Below, in pieces: positions 49,025 to 59,242 of a DNA stretch of 64,000 bases. The DNA lies in contig CAXXLL010000003.1 of NCBI GenBank assembly GCA_963662545.2, positions 2,336,001 through 2,400,000 on the forward strand, given 5' to 3'. Source of the DNA: Gammaproteobacteria bacterium. GTDB lineage: Bacteria > Pseudomonadota > Gammaproteobacteria > Ga0077536. Below the pieces are notes generated by a model. That model had not been told where the DNA came from and made no database searches. It worked only from the letters and a program-made list of their open reading frames with translations. The position numbers were made by a program, and so were the translations under genes. The number at the start of each line of letters is the position of its first letter. Position 1 is the stretch's first letter.

Positions 49025-49612
49025 TTAGCCCGTCGGGGCGCAGTTTGCCAGCGGAGACGCGAGCGTGCCCTGGTCGAGCTTCGGCCGGCCGACGAGGGCG
49101 ACGCTGATTTCACGCCCGTAGGCCTCTCCGCGGTCGTCGCACAGGGCATAGCGCGCCGCGCCGGTTTCATTCAGCGTGCCGTCGGCACGGTATACCAGGT
49201 AGTTATTGCCGGAACTGTTACTCGTGACTCCGATTTGCGACGGTGTGGCCTGGCCGACGTCGATGAGAATATCAGTGCCGAGATCAAAGTCGTCGTCGGA
49301 GTCTTCGGCAACATAGACCAGCCAACCGGTGGACCAGTCCTTGTTCGACCCGCCGCAGGTCGGTGTAGCCGCATTCGGGTTCGCGGTACGGCACAGAATG
49401 ACCCGGCTGCCGCGCTTGATCGCCTCGCTGCGAGCGAGCGCCATCGAGCCCATCATCTCCAGTGCCTGCCCGCGCATGGCGGAGTTCTTGGAAAAGGTTC
49501 CGAGGGAGGGGACCGCAACGGCGCCCAGCGCGGCCGGGATCGCCACAGTAATCATGATCTCGAGTATCGTGAAGCCTGCCTCACACGGCTTCGGTGTTCG
49601 AAAATTGCGCAT
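49025..49612 (-). CDS. fimT: Minor pilin FimT/FimU
   Basis: AGFTILEIMI, ALARSEAIKRG, WSTGWLVY, VGRPK. Confidence 0.85.
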   Translation of the reverse strand: MRNFRTPKPCEAGFTILEIMITVAIPAALGAVAVPSLGTFSKNSAMRGQALEMMGSMALARSEAIKRGSRVILCRTANPNAATPTCGGSNKDWSTGWLVYVAEDSDDDFDLGTDILIDVGQATPSQIGVTSNSSGNNYLVYRADGTLNETGAARYALCDDRGEAYGREISVALVGRPKLDQGTLASPLANCAPTG

Positions 49613-49914
49613 TCTCCTGCACCCCGCTAGATGGCCTTGGGGATCTAATTCGGCAGATCTGCACGGACCCTTTAGGACTATATCGCCTGAAATCGGGATG
49701 CCGTTCACAATTTGCGGCCCCCGGGAAGAAAGGATTCCGGGCGGATACGCCTGCGAAGGCCATTCGGGAAGCGTCAAAGTTTCGCTTGGAAGCGTTCTTT
49801 ATGCCGCCTTGTTACCTCGCGTTTCTTTCACTGAGCTACGCGCAATGTCTTACTCGCGCAGATGCTATCTTGGCCTGTGCGCCCGCATGGTCTGGAGTTC
49901 GTACTCTGCGCCAA

Positions 49915-51510
49915 ATGAACGCTAAACCAAATTTCCTCAGAGGCACCGTCGTCGCGGTGAGTTTTGTCGCGCTTGCCGTCTTTTATCTTTTCTGGAGTTG
50001 GAGCACCGTGCTGGCGGACTTTGGCGGCGACAACGCGGTTTACTGGCTGACGGCGAATTACTGGTCGCCCTGGGGTAGCGCTATCGCACCGGCGGCGTAT
50101 TTCGCCTCGACCAGCATCTATCCCCCGCTTTATCCGATCATGCTCGCGGCACTCGGCGGCGGCGAATCGCTGATCGTCGCCCACCTCGTGTCCGCCGGAT
50201 TCATCGTGCTGGCCTTTATCGCCATCTATCGCTTCGCCATTGTTCTCGGCGTGCATTGGAGCTTGGCGCTGATCCTCGTCGTCTTGTTTGCCGGAACCCG
50301 TATCACCTTGATCGAGGCCTTGCAGATCCACAGCGAGCACCTATATCTGCTCCTTACTTATACAGCGCTGTATCTCGCGCACCATAAAGCCGATCGCCCG
50401 GCGCTCTACCTCGCGGCGGCCTGCGTGGCTGGCGCTTTTCTCACGCGCAGCTTCGGTCTGACCCTGGCCGCAAGTTTTCTCGCGTGGATTGCGATTGCTC
50501 ATTCGCGCGCCCTGCCTGCATGCGCGGCTATCGTCGGCCTGCCGGTCGTCTTGTGGAGTTCACTCCACGGCAGCAGCTCGCAGTATCTGAACTCGATGGC
50601 GGAAATCTATGGCCAGAGCGGCATCGCGATACAACTATCCGATAATTTGAATTATCTGTGGATCAAGTGGCTTTACTGTTTTGGCGAAACCGAACAGGCT
50701 GGTTTTACGACTTACGGCCCGGTCGCGATCGCCTTGATCAGTGGTTGCGGCACGCTGGTTCGGCTGCGCGCCGGCGCGCTCGACGGCTTGTACGCGCTCG
50801 CGTACCTCCTGCTGGTTGTCCTTTGGCCCTATCCCGCGGAATACGAACGGCTGCTCTACCCCATCCTGCCCTTACTGTTCGTGCACGGTCTACTCGCAGT
50901 TACGTTACTGATGCGGCGCTGGATGCCTGCCTACAGCCCCACCCACGCGGCGGTCGTTTATACGGTCTTGTTGCTCGCGACCGAGCTGCCATTCGCGCTG
51001 CTGGCGGGGAGCCGCCTCGCCGATGTACCGGACGACCCCGGTTTCGCACCTTACACCCGCACTCTCGCCTGGTTTTATGCAGACCCGGGAACGGCCATCG
51101 TGAACATCGGCTACCAGCGCGGCATCACCGAGGCCCTCACCGATATCCACGATCGCAATCGTGTCCCGACCGATGAATGCATGCTGTCGATCAAACCGTC
51201 GATCATCGCGCTATACTCGGGCCGCCGTTCCCACAGTCCGCCGTCGTCCAGCTTGTCACCGCAAGCTTTGCTGGAACAGGTGCGGGAGGGGCCCTGCAAC
51301 TATCTCTTCATGATGCAAAGCGCGAGCCCGTCCTTTCCGGAGCCATATTACCCCTACCGGCGCCTCGAACCGCACCTTGAAATCGTCGCCGCCTACGCAA
51401 ATCCAGTGGTGCACGGCAGACCGGCGGCAATGCTTGGCCGCATCGCCGAGCGACCGGCGGCGCCAGCACTGCGGTCGTCTGGCGACGGCCATGCCCGGGC
51501 GCTACACTGA
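49915..51510 (+). CDS. Polytopic membrane protein, probable GT-C (PMT/ArnT-like) glycosyltransferase
   Basis: GGDNAVYW, YPPLYP, HSEHLY, FLTRSFG, RLLYPILP. Confidence 0.65.
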   Translation: MNAKPNFLRGTVVAVSFVALAVFYLFWSWSTVLADFGGDNAVYWLTANYWSPWGSAIAPAAYFASTSIYPPLYPIMLAALGGGESLIVAHLVSAGFIVLAFIAIYRFAIVLGVHWSLALILVVLFAGTRITLIEALQIHSEHLYLLLTYTALYLAHHKADRPALYLAAACVAGAFLTRSFGLTLAASFLAWIAIAHSRALPACAAIVGLPVVLWSSLHGSSSQYLNSMAEIYGQSGIAIQLSDNLNYLWIKWLYCFGETEQAGFTTYGPVAIALISGCGTLVRLRAGALDGLYALAYLLLVVLWPYPAEYERLLYPILPLLFVHGLLAVTLLMRRWMPAYSPTHAAVVYTVLLLATELPFALLAGSRLADVPDDPGFAPYTRTLAWFYADPGTAIVNIGYQRGITEALTDIHDRNRVPTDECMLSIKPSIIALYSGRRSHSPPSSSLSPQALLEQVREGPCNYLFMMQSASPSFPEPYYPYRRLEPHLEIVAAYANPVVHGRPAAMLGRIAERPAAPALRSSGDGHARALH

Positions 51511-51539
51511 TCGGCAGTCAGCTCAGCGAGAAGAAGACA

Positions 51540-52304
51540 ATGAAAAGTTCGATGGATATCAATTGCGATATGGGTGAGAGCTTCGGCAACTGGAATATGG
51601 GCAATGACGAAGGAATGATGCCGCGGATCACGACCGCCAACGTCGCCTGCGGATTTCATGCGAGCGATCCCCTGACCATGCTGGAAACAGTCAAACTCGC
51701 CAAGAAACATAAGGTCGAGGTCGGCTCTCATCCGGGACTTCCCGATCTCCTCGGCTTCGGCCGGCGCGCCATGAACATCACGCCAGAAGATGCGCATGCC
51801 TATGTCGTTTATCAAACGGGCGCGTTGCAGGCCGCGCTCAGGGTTCACGGCATGCGCCTGCACCACATCAAGCCGCACGGCGCCTTTTATTCCATCCTGC
51901 GCGCGGACGAGGCGCTGGCGGACGCGGTCGCGGACGCGATCGCGGAGATCTCCGATTCGCCCATACTGTATTGGCCGGCACCGACTGATGCCGCCATGCC
52001 GTCGGCGGCGAAGAAAAAGGGCATACGCGTCGTCGGCGAGATCTATCCGGACCTCATTTACGCGCCCGACGGCTCGCTCATCCTGCAACGCTCCAAGCAC
52101 GAAACCGACACCGAATTCGCCGCCGCACAGGTTAAGCGCTTTGTCGAAACGGGCAAGGTCGAAGCCAACGATGGTTCGCTCATTGCACTCGATGCCGAGA
52201 GCATCTGCATCCACGGCGACGGTCCGAACGCCACGGCGGTCGGCGATTCGGTGCGCGACATGCTCGAGCAAATCGGCTGCGACATCAGCCCGGTCATGGC
52301 CTGA
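51540..52304 (+). CDS. pxpA: 5-oxoprolinase subunit A (LamB/YcsF family)
   Basis: DINCDMGESFG, ANVACGFHASDP, HIKPHGA, ICIHGD. Confidence 0.9.
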   Translation: MKSSMDINCDMGESFGNWNMGNDEGMMPRITTANVACGFHASDPLTMLETVKLAKKHKVEVGSHPGLPDLLGFGRRAMNITPEDAHAYVVYQTGALQAALRVHGMRLHHIKPHGAFYSILRADEALADAVADAIAEISDSPILYWPAPTDAAMPSAAKKKGIRVVGEIYPDLIYAPDGSLILQRSKHETDTEFAAAQVKRFVETGKVEANDGSLIALDAESICIHGDGPNATAVGDSVRDMLEQIGCDISPVMA

Positions 52305-52333
52305 GCCGCGTGAAATGATCAACGGGTAACAAC

Positions 52334-53365
52334 ATGAAATTCGGATTGCTGTTCTCTCAACAAGTCCCACCGGCGAGCGAACTGTCATGGCGCGAGCCCT
52401 ACGATGACATGCTCACTTGTCTGCCGCGCGCCGAGGACCTGGGATACGAATCCTGCTTCCAGGTGTCGCATCACGCGCAGAAAGACGGATTGTGCCCGGG
52501 ACCTTTGATCGCCTGCGCAGGCGCGGCGGCAGTGACCAAGCACATGCGGATCGGCACGGGCGTTCTGCTCGTGCCGATGTATGCGCCGCTCAAACTCGCC
52601 GAAGACGTCGCCGTGCTCGACAATCTGTCGGGCGGTCGCTTCATCTTCGGCGTGGCGCCCGGCTACGTCGCCAAGGAGTTCGAGGCGCATGGGGTACCGC
52701 GTGAGGAGCGCGTCGGACGCTTCGAGGAAGCCCTCGACCTCATGACCCTGGCCTGGACCGAAGAAACCTTCTCCTTCGACGGCCGTTATTACAAGGTACC
52801 CGAGACGCAGCTGACGCCGAAACCGGCGCAATCGCCGCATCCACCGATCTGGTACGGCGTTTCCGCCAAGTCTTCGCTCAGGCGCGCGGCCAAACGGCAC
52901 GCGGTTCAAATCATGTCGCCGCGGCACGGTCCCGAGGAATTGATCGACCATTTCAAACCCTACGAGGAAGCGGCGGCGGCTGAGGGGTGGACGATTCCGG
53001 AGCGCCCCATCATCCGCTCGGTATTCATCGCAGAATCGCACGCCAAGGCTGAAGAGATCGCGGCGCCCGCGCTGAATTATCTCTTCACTGAACTCTATGG
53101 CGCAGCTTCAGCCGCAGGCGACCGAGTGCTGCGGGCGGCCGACGGCTCGGTCATCACCGACAAGAACCAGGTCGGATTCGACAATTTCAAGAACCGCTAT
53201 ATCATCGGCGACCCCGCGTTCGCCATCGAGCAACTGGAGCTCTATCGCGACGCCGTCCAGCCGACCGAGGTCGTGTGCTGGATGCATATGCCCGGCATCA
53301 GCGGCAGCGATGCGATGCGCTCGGTCGAACTCTTTGCGCGCGAAGTCATACCTCACTTCAAGTGA
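52334..53365 (+). CDS. Luciferase-like (LLM) flavin-dependent oxidoreductase
   Basis: MKFGL, LAEDVAVLDNLSGGRF, PKPAQSPHPPIW, ELFAREVIPHF. Confidence 0.9.
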   Translation: MKFGLLFSQQVPPASELSWREPYDDMLTCLPRAEDLGYESCFQVSHHAQKDGLCPGPLIACAGAAAVTKHMRIGTGVLLVPMYAPLKLAEDVAVLDNLSGGRFIFGVAPGYVAKEFEAHGVPREERVGRFEEALDLMTLAWTEETFSFDGRYYKVPETQLTPKPAQSPHPPIWYGVSAKSSLRRAAKRHAVQIMSPRHGPEELIDHFKPYEEAAAAEGWTIPERPIIRSVFIAESHAKAEEIAAPALNYLFTELYGAASAAGDRVLRAADGSVITDKNQVGFDNFKNRYIIGDPAFAIEQLELYRDAVQPTEVVCWMHMPGISGSDAMRSVELFAREVIPHFK

Positions 53366-53400
53366 GCCTCGGCAAGGGCGAGCCGCCCGGTGCTGTGGCA

Positions 53401-54237
53401 ATGTCGGCGTGCCCCGTCTGCGGGTCGGTGCCGGATTCCTATCTGATGCCCTGGCTCCGGCGCTGCGGTGGCTGCGGTCTGCGTTCGGCCAGCCTCGAGG
53501 GGGACGTGGCGCATGGCTGGGACGATGCAGCCGAAATCGCGATGGCGCCGCTGAGGCGGGATGCCGCACGACGTCTGCTGGCAGAGCTCGCCCGGGTAAC
53601 CGTGCCCGGATCGAAGCGCCTGCTCGATGTCGGGTGCGGCCCCGGCTGGTTTCTCAAGGCCGCGCTAGAGGCGGGTTTTGCAGTCTCCGGTATCGAGCCC
53701 GACGCCCGCCTTGCCGCGCGTGGTCGCGAGGCCGGGCTCGACGTCATCACCGGCCGGTTTCCCGTTGCTGCGGGAAACACGCCCCGCGACATCATCACCT
53801 TCAACGACGTTTTCGAACACCTGCCGTCGCCGCTTGAAGCGCTGGCAGCGGTACGCGCGCAGTTGGTGACGGGTGGATTGCTGATGTTAAACCTGCCGTC
53901 GCACGCGGGACCCGTTTACCGCGCGAGCGAAATCCTCGCGCGCACCGGCATTACGCGGCCGCTGGAACGAATGTGGCAGAAAGACTTCGAAAGCCCGCAT
54001 CTTTTCTATTACGCGCCCACCGATCTCGATCGACTGATTGAGGGACGCGGTTTCGAACGCATCCGCACCTTTACCTTGCCAAGCATTTCCGTGCGGCGCT
54101 TGTGGACGCGGATCCGCGCCGATGCAAACCGCAAGCTTGCTGGTGATGTGCTGACTTACGTAGCGGCGCTCAGCGCGGTGCCAATCCTAAAGCTGCTGCC
54201 ATCGGATATCATGGTACGCATCTACCGGCGTCTTTGA
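53401..54237 (+). CDS. Class I SAM-dependent methyltransferase
   Basis: CPVC/CGGC, LLDVGCGPG, DVFEHLPSP, PHLFY; may start at GTG 53362. Confidence 0.85.
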   Translation: MSACPVCGSVPDSYLMPWLRRCGGCGLRSASLEGDVAHGWDDAAEIAMAPLRRDAARRLLAELARVTVPGSKRLLDVGCGPGWFLKAALEAGFAVSGIEPDARLAARGREAGLDVITGRFPVAAGNTPRDIITFNDVFEHLPSPLEALAAVRAQLVTGGLLMLNLPSHAGPVYRASEILARTGITRPLERMWQKDFESPHLFYYAPTDLDRLIEGRGFERIRTFTLPSISVRRLWTRIRADANRKLAGDVLTYVAALSAVPILKLLPSDIMVRIYRRL

Positions 54238-54240
54238 TCG

Positions 54241-55386
54241 ATGGACAAATCCTCGCGCGTGCTCATTTCCGGTGCCGGCGTCGCCGGGCTCACTGCCGCC
54301 ATCTGGCTTGGGCGTAATGGGTTCAAACCGGTCGTCGTCGAGCAGGCCGCGGACGTGCGCGCGGACGGTTACATCGTTTCCCTTTCGCACCGTTCCTACC
54401 GCTACGCCGATGCACTCGACCTACTGCCGGAACTCGAACAACGCACCTGCGGCGTCGTGGCTTCGAGCTACCATCGCGCCGGCGGCGCCGCTTTACTCGA
54501 ACTCGACTACGCACGCCTTTTCGATGGGGTCGACGTCATCCAGATCATGCGGGATGACCTGCAGGATATCCTCTATGAGAAGGCAAAGGACCTCGCGGAG
54601 TTTCGTTTCGGCGCGAGCGTGGGTGGGATCGATCACGGCGAGCACTGCTCTCAGGTCCGCTTTACCGACGGTCGCGAGGAGGCATACGAGGTTGTGATCG
54701 GCGCGGACGGGCTACACTCGGCGATACGCCGCCTCGCGTTCGGCGATCGCGAGGTGAGCATGCGCTTCCTCCGGCTATGCTCGGCTGCCTACCCGCTGCC
54801 GAATATTTTCCATCTCGAACGCAAGTTCGAGACGCACATGGAACGCGACCGCTACATGGCAATGTTCACGACTCCCGCCGGGGGCCTCGCTTCCGTGTTC
54901 GTGTGGCGCACCGCACTCAGCGAAGCGCCGCCGCCGGCCGAGCGCCGGCAGGTGCTCCTCAACGCCTACGCCGACACGCGGGCTGCTACGCGACAGGTAC
55001 TCGAACATTGTCCCGACGATGGCGCGTTCTACATGGATCCGCTCATCCAGGTACGCATGAGTCAGTGGTATCAGAACCAGTCCGTACTGGTCGGCGATGC
55101 CGCACACTGCATGACGCTCATATCGGGACAGGGCGCGACGATGGCCTTCACCGGCGCTTGCGTGCTAAGCGAACGGCTCGTCGCGCTTCCGGCGGCAGAA
55201 GCTTTCCAAGCCTACCAGCAGGATCTTCAGACGACGGTTTTTGACGTTCAGGATCGGACCCGCAGCATGGCCCGTTGGTACGTGCCGTGCACCATCTGGC
55301 GGCAGACCCTACGCGACGCCGCCATGTGGTTGTTGCCGACGGCGTATTTCGAAAATCATTTCAAAGCCAAGTATTCGCGCGCCTGA
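54241..55386 (+). CDS. FAD-dependent monooxygenase
   Basis: ISGAGVAG, IGADGLHS, LVGDAAH, GQGA. Confidence 0.9.
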   Translation: MDKSSRVLISGAGVAGLTAAIWLGRNGFKPVVVEQAADVRADGYIVSLSHRSYRYADALDLLPELEQRTCGVVASSYHRAGGAALLELDYARLFDGVDVIQIMRDDLQDILYEKAKDLAEFRFGASVGGIDHGEHCSQVRFTDGREEAYEVVIGADGLHSAIRRLAFGDREVSMRFLRLCSAAYPLPNIFHLERKFETHMERDRYMAMFTTPAGGLASVFVWRTALSEAPPPAERRQVLLNAYADTRAATRQVLEHCPDDGAFYMDPLIQVRMSQWYQNQSVLVGDAAHCMTLISGQGATMAFTGACVLSERLVALPAAEAFQAYQQDLQTTVFDVQDRTRSMARWYVPCTIWRQTLRDAAMWLLPTAYFENHFKAKYSRA

Positions 55387-55398
55387 GGTCACCGCCGA

Positions 55399-56220
55399 AT
55401 GGAGCTGACCTTCACACTGGATCTGGAGAATCATCGCGGCGGCGACGTGCGCTACCGCAACAATGCGCGGCGGATCCTCGATTTCTTCGAAGAACAGGCG
55501 ATCCACGCGACGATATTCATCGTCGGCGAACTGGTGAATGCCGAGCGGGAATTGATCACACGGGCCAACGCCGCCGGCCATGAGCTGGCGCTGCATTCCT
55601 TCCGGCATACACCGCTCACTGCCGAAAATCGGGACCGGTACGCAGTGCGGCTCACCGCGGCCAAAAAGGCGCTCGAAGATGTGAGCGGCCGACGGGTCAC
55701 GGGTTATCGGGCGCCGGTTTTCTCTCTGACGCCGGCCACGACCTGGGTGCTGCCGCTGCTCCAAGAAGCCGGCATTGAATACTCCTCGAGCGTGCTGCCG
55801 GCGCGTCACCCGCTGTACGGTTATGAGCAGGCGCCGCGCCGCGTGTTCCGCTGGCCACAGGGTCTTCTCGAGATCCCGGTTCCCCTAGCCCGTTTCGCCG
55901 GCACGGAAATTCCGTTTCTCGGCGGAATTTACCTACGCTACCTGCCGAGCGTCGTAGTGCGCGCCTACGGCGCTACCAATGGTCAGACCCTGTGGAGCTA
56001 CATCCATCCGTATGATGTCGACGCCACCGAGCCTTACTTTCGCTTCCCGGGAACGAGCTTGCTGATGAGCCTTTTGTTGTGGCGCAACCGCAAATGCACC
56101 TTGACCAAGCTCGGCCGACTTGCGGCCGGAGCTGAGATCCTGGCGCCGTTCGCCGACAGGATCGCCGCCGGAGAATTCCGCGATGCGCCGCTGTATCAAT
56201 CCGAACACCGGCTCGCGTGA
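55399..56220 (+). CDS. Polysaccharide deacetylase (PEP-CTERM-locus type)
   Basis: FTLDLE, GHELALHS..H, GYRAPVFS, YSSSVLP, YIHPYD. Confidence 0.85.
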   Translation: MELTFTLDLENHRGGDVRYRNNARRILDFFEEQAIHATIFIVGELVNAERELITRANAAGHELALHSFRHTPLTAENRDRYAVRLTAAKKALEDVSGRRVTGYRAPVFSLTPATTWVLPLLQEAGIEYSSSVLPARHPLYGYEQAPRRVFRWPQGLLEIPVPLARFAGTEIPFLGGIYLRYLPSVVVRAYGATNGQTLWSYIHPYDVDATEPYFRFPGTSLLMSLLLWRNRKCTLTKLGRLAAGAEILAPFADRIAAGEFRDAPLYQSEHRLA

Positions 56221-56224
56221 CGGA

Positions 56225-56941
56225 TCACGTTGCGCAGATCGGTTTCCGCGCGATCACGATGCAAGAGGCACCTATGATGCCAGCAGCGAGGCCCATAATA
56301 TCTTTCGAGCGCCACCGCAGAACCGGGAAGCTGACTTCCTCGTGCTCGATTTCGAGCCCGGCCGCGGTCAGGTAGGTGCGCAGGTCCTCAATGCTGTGCA
56401 CGAATTGAGGAAACTCCGGCAGGCCGCGAAGTCGGTCCACGACACTCAGACAGGCGTGCGCGAGACGGTGTACCAGTGCTGCGCCATTGCGCCATACCAG
56501 CACGGCGCGGCCGCCCGGTCTGAGCACGCGCGCCGCCTCAAGCGCGAAGATCTTCAAACCCTCTGCGCGCTGTTGATTGAAGAACTGACAGCTCGTGAGT
56601 TCGTCGATGCTTTCATCTCTGAGCGGCAGCGCGAATGCGTCGGCGCGGACGACGGGAAAACCGTTGGTAAGCGCCGCTTGGCACGCATCGGCGTTAAAAT
56701 CGATCCCGAATACAACGCGACGGCCGTCGACCAGGGGACGCAACATGAGGCCCGAGCCGCACGCGATGTCCACCACGATGGATGCTTCCGGGTCCAGCAA
56801 TCCGTGCAGGACGGACTGCTCGCGCAAGAAATAGGCGCGCGTACGATAGCCGTTGGCCAAAGGGTTACGCTCGCCGAAACGCTCGCGTATATCGGCGTAG
56901 AGACGGTCAGTCCTCTTGTCAACTCGCATGCTTCTCACCAT
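56225..56941 (-). CDS. Class I SAM-dependent methyltransferase
   Basis: VDIACGSG, RADAFALP, ARVLRPGG. Confidence 0.85.
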   Translation of the reverse strand: MVRSMRVDKRTDRLYADIRERFGERNPLANGYRTRAYFLREQSVLHGLLDPEASIVVDIACGSGLMLRPLVDGRRVVFGIDFNADACQAALTNGFPVVRADAFALPLRDESIDELTSCQFFNQQRAEGLKIFALEAARVLRPGGRAVLVWRNGAALVHRLAHACLSVVDRLRGLPEFPQFVHSIEDLRTYLTAAGLEIEHEEVSFPVLRWRSKDIMGLAAGIIGASCIVIARKPICAT

Positions 56942-57164
56942 GGGCGCGGCGCCCCGCCGCTGCCTGGGGCCGCCCAGAATAGCAATCGCCCGTGTACGCG
57001 GCCAGAATGATATCGGCGCTCAATTCCGCAGCGAAAGTTGTTCTCAGGCAGGACGGTTATTCTTCCGTCGATCGGTCTCGGTCTGATCATATTTCCCGGG
57101 CATCCGAAGGCCATCATGCGAACGGCGCTCAGCGGTTCGTTTTCGGCCCCGTGCTGAACAAATC

Positions 57165-58187
57165 ATGAAAATTCGGCGATTGGAGGACGTCGGTACTGCT
57201 GCCTGGAACGCTGCCGTCGCCGCGGCGCCGGATGGCAGTTTTTTTCATCTGGCGGAATGGGAGCCCGTCATCCGGCAGAACTTCGGATTCGAAAGTCAAT
57301 ATCTCGCTGCCGAAGATGCGACCGGGATCATCGGTGTCCTGCCACTGTTCGTCGTCAAACGCGGGCCACTCGGGATCGCTTTGATGTCCACTCCTTTATG
57401 CGTCATCGGCGGAGCCGCCGCGCTCTACCCGGAGGCAGCCGCGTTTCTCGAAGAGGCCGCGTTAGTGCGCGCGGAAACACTCGAGGTCGATTACCTGGAG
57501 CTACGCAATGCGCAGCGATGCCTGGATGGTTGGCGCAGGCATGAGCATTTCTTCTCGTTTTCGCGGCCGATACTCGGCACCGAGGAAGCAAACTTCAAAG
57601 CCATTCCGAAAAGACAGCGAACCTATATACGAAAAGCCTTGACCTTAGGGTTAACCGCGAGCATGAATCGCGACATCGAGCCGTTCTATTCATTGTACGC
57701 AGACAGTATGCACCGCCTGGGCACGCCCGCCTATCCGAAAAAATATATTCAATCCTTGCTCACGGAATTCGGTGACCGCGTGGAAATCGTTATCGTAAAA
57801 AATCAAGCACGGCCCATCGCTGCCGCGTTGTGCTTTCATTTCAATAACCAGACCTTACCTTTTTATGGAGGTGCGAGTACTGAAGCCTATTCGACCCATG
57901 CTCATACTTTTATGCTGTGGTCAGTAGTGAAACGTGCATATGAATTAGGGTTCACCATGGCCGATTTCGGCCGCAGCATTCGCGGCACAGGGTCGTTCAA
58001 CTTCAAGAAAATCTGGGGCATGAAATCACAGCCCTTGCATTATCAAACCTATCTCGTAAGAGGGCGCGCGCATCCGATCATGGACCCCACGAGCCTTCGT
58101 TTTCGCGTATTCAGCGACACCTGGAAGCGACTGCCGCGCTTCGTCGTCGACCGATTGTCGCCGTTGGCATCGAAGCTCGTCGTCTGA
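57165..58187 (+). CDS. FemAB-like GNAT protein (XrtA/PEP-CTERM-associated type)
   Basis: FFHLAEW, GVLPL, YLELR, MHRLGTP, DFGRS..GTG, FKKIWG. Confidence 0.85.
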   Translation: MKIRRLEDVGTAAWNAAVAAAPDGSFFHLAEWEPVIRQNFGFESQYLAAEDATGIIGVLPLFVVKRGPLGIALMSTPLCVIGGAAALYPEAAAFLEEAALVRAETLEVDYLELRNAQRCLDGWRRHEHFFSFSRPILGTEEANFKAIPKRQRTYIRKALTLGLTASMNRDIEPFYSLYADSMHRLGTPAYPKKYIQSLLTEFGDRVEIVIVKNQARPIAAALCFHFNNQTLPFYGGASTEAYSTHAHTFMLWSVVKRAYELGFTMADFGRSIRGTGSFNFKKIWGMKSQPLHYQTYLVRGRAHPIMDPTSLRFRVFSDTWKRLPRFVVDRLSPLASKLVV

Positions 58188-58250
58188 ACGGCTCGGCCCG
58201 ACAGCAGAAACAATCGGTTTTGTCGCATTGGTTAAGCGTTTCGTTATTAC

Positions 58251-59225
58251 TCATTTGGCCGTCGATGCTCCGGCAGGGCGCCGGCCACTGCCGGCGAGTA
58301 GATCGGTGGCAACAACGATGAGCCAGAACAGGACGGGTGCCCCGATCAAAACGAGTCGCAGCAGGATCGCCGCCGAGGCCGCGGTGGCCGCGCCGTGGCC
58401 GTACCAAGCGAGTCCGCCGGCCAGCGAGACTTCACCGATCCCGATCCCACCCACCGTCTGCAGCGGAATGACCGCCGACAGATTGTAGATAACGGCGACG
58501 GAGACACCCTGTAAAGCGGCGAGCGCCGGTACGAACGCGAGTATCACGAGCGCGAGACCGCCGAGATTAAAACCCCACTTGGCAACCGATACCCCTGCCA
58601 GCGCAGCAAGACGCCTGCGCGTGAGCAGCGAGCGCGCAGCGCGCCGGGCCTGCAACAGGGTTCGCAGAACCTGACGGAATCCGCCACGGCGGCGTAAGGG
58701 AAGCAAGACACGTGCGATTGCGGCGAAGGCTGCCGCCAGATTCACAAGGGCGAAAAGCACGACGCAGGCTAGGACTCCGCTCAGGACGACGACGACCGAG
58801 CGATCGATAAATGGGGCTTGCGCCGCGACCGCCACCGCACCAACCGCGAATAGAATCGCGACGTCGAACAAGCGCTGCACCGAAAGGTTATTCAGCGCTT
58901 CGCCGAACGAATGCCCGAGACGCCGCTGCAACATGTGCATACCCGCGAGTTCACCCAAGCGCGCCGGCAGTGTCGCGAGACCGAAAACCCACCATGCGGT
59001 AACGATGAAGGCGTCGCGTAAGGACACCGGTCCGCGGATCATGAGTTTAATGCGCAGTGCCGAGCAAACACCCTCCAACAGCAATACGCCGACGCCCAGT
59101 AGGAGCAGCCACCACGGTATCTGCCGAGCGAGCATGAACACCGTATCGAAATCGGCGAAAAACAACACCAGGCCCAGCAGGGCGGCGCTCGCGGCGGTCG
59201 AAACCACCCATGCATACAGCCGCAT
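58251..59225 (-). CDS. Flippase-like membrane protein (LPG synthase TM domain)
   Basis: LPARLGE, QRLFD, IPLQTVGGIGIGE, LLRL. Confidence 0.8.
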   Translation of the reverse strand: MRLYAWVVSTAASAALLGLVLFFADFDTVFMLARQIPWWLLLLGVGVLLLEGVCSALRIKLMIRGPVSLRDAFIVTAWWVFGLATLPARLGELAGMHMLQRRLGHSFGEALNNLSVQRLFDVAILFAVGAVAVAAQAPFIDRSVVVVLSGVLACVVLFALVNLAAAFAAIARVLLPLRRRGGFRQVLRTLLQARRAARSLLTRRRLAALAGVSVAKWGFNLGGLALVILAFVPALAALQGVSVAVIYNLSAVIPLQTVGGIGIGEVSLAGGLAWYGHGAATAASAAILLRLVLIGAPVLFWLIVVATDLLAGSGRRPAGASTAK

Positions 59226-59242
59226 TTTGACGCGCGGGCCCT

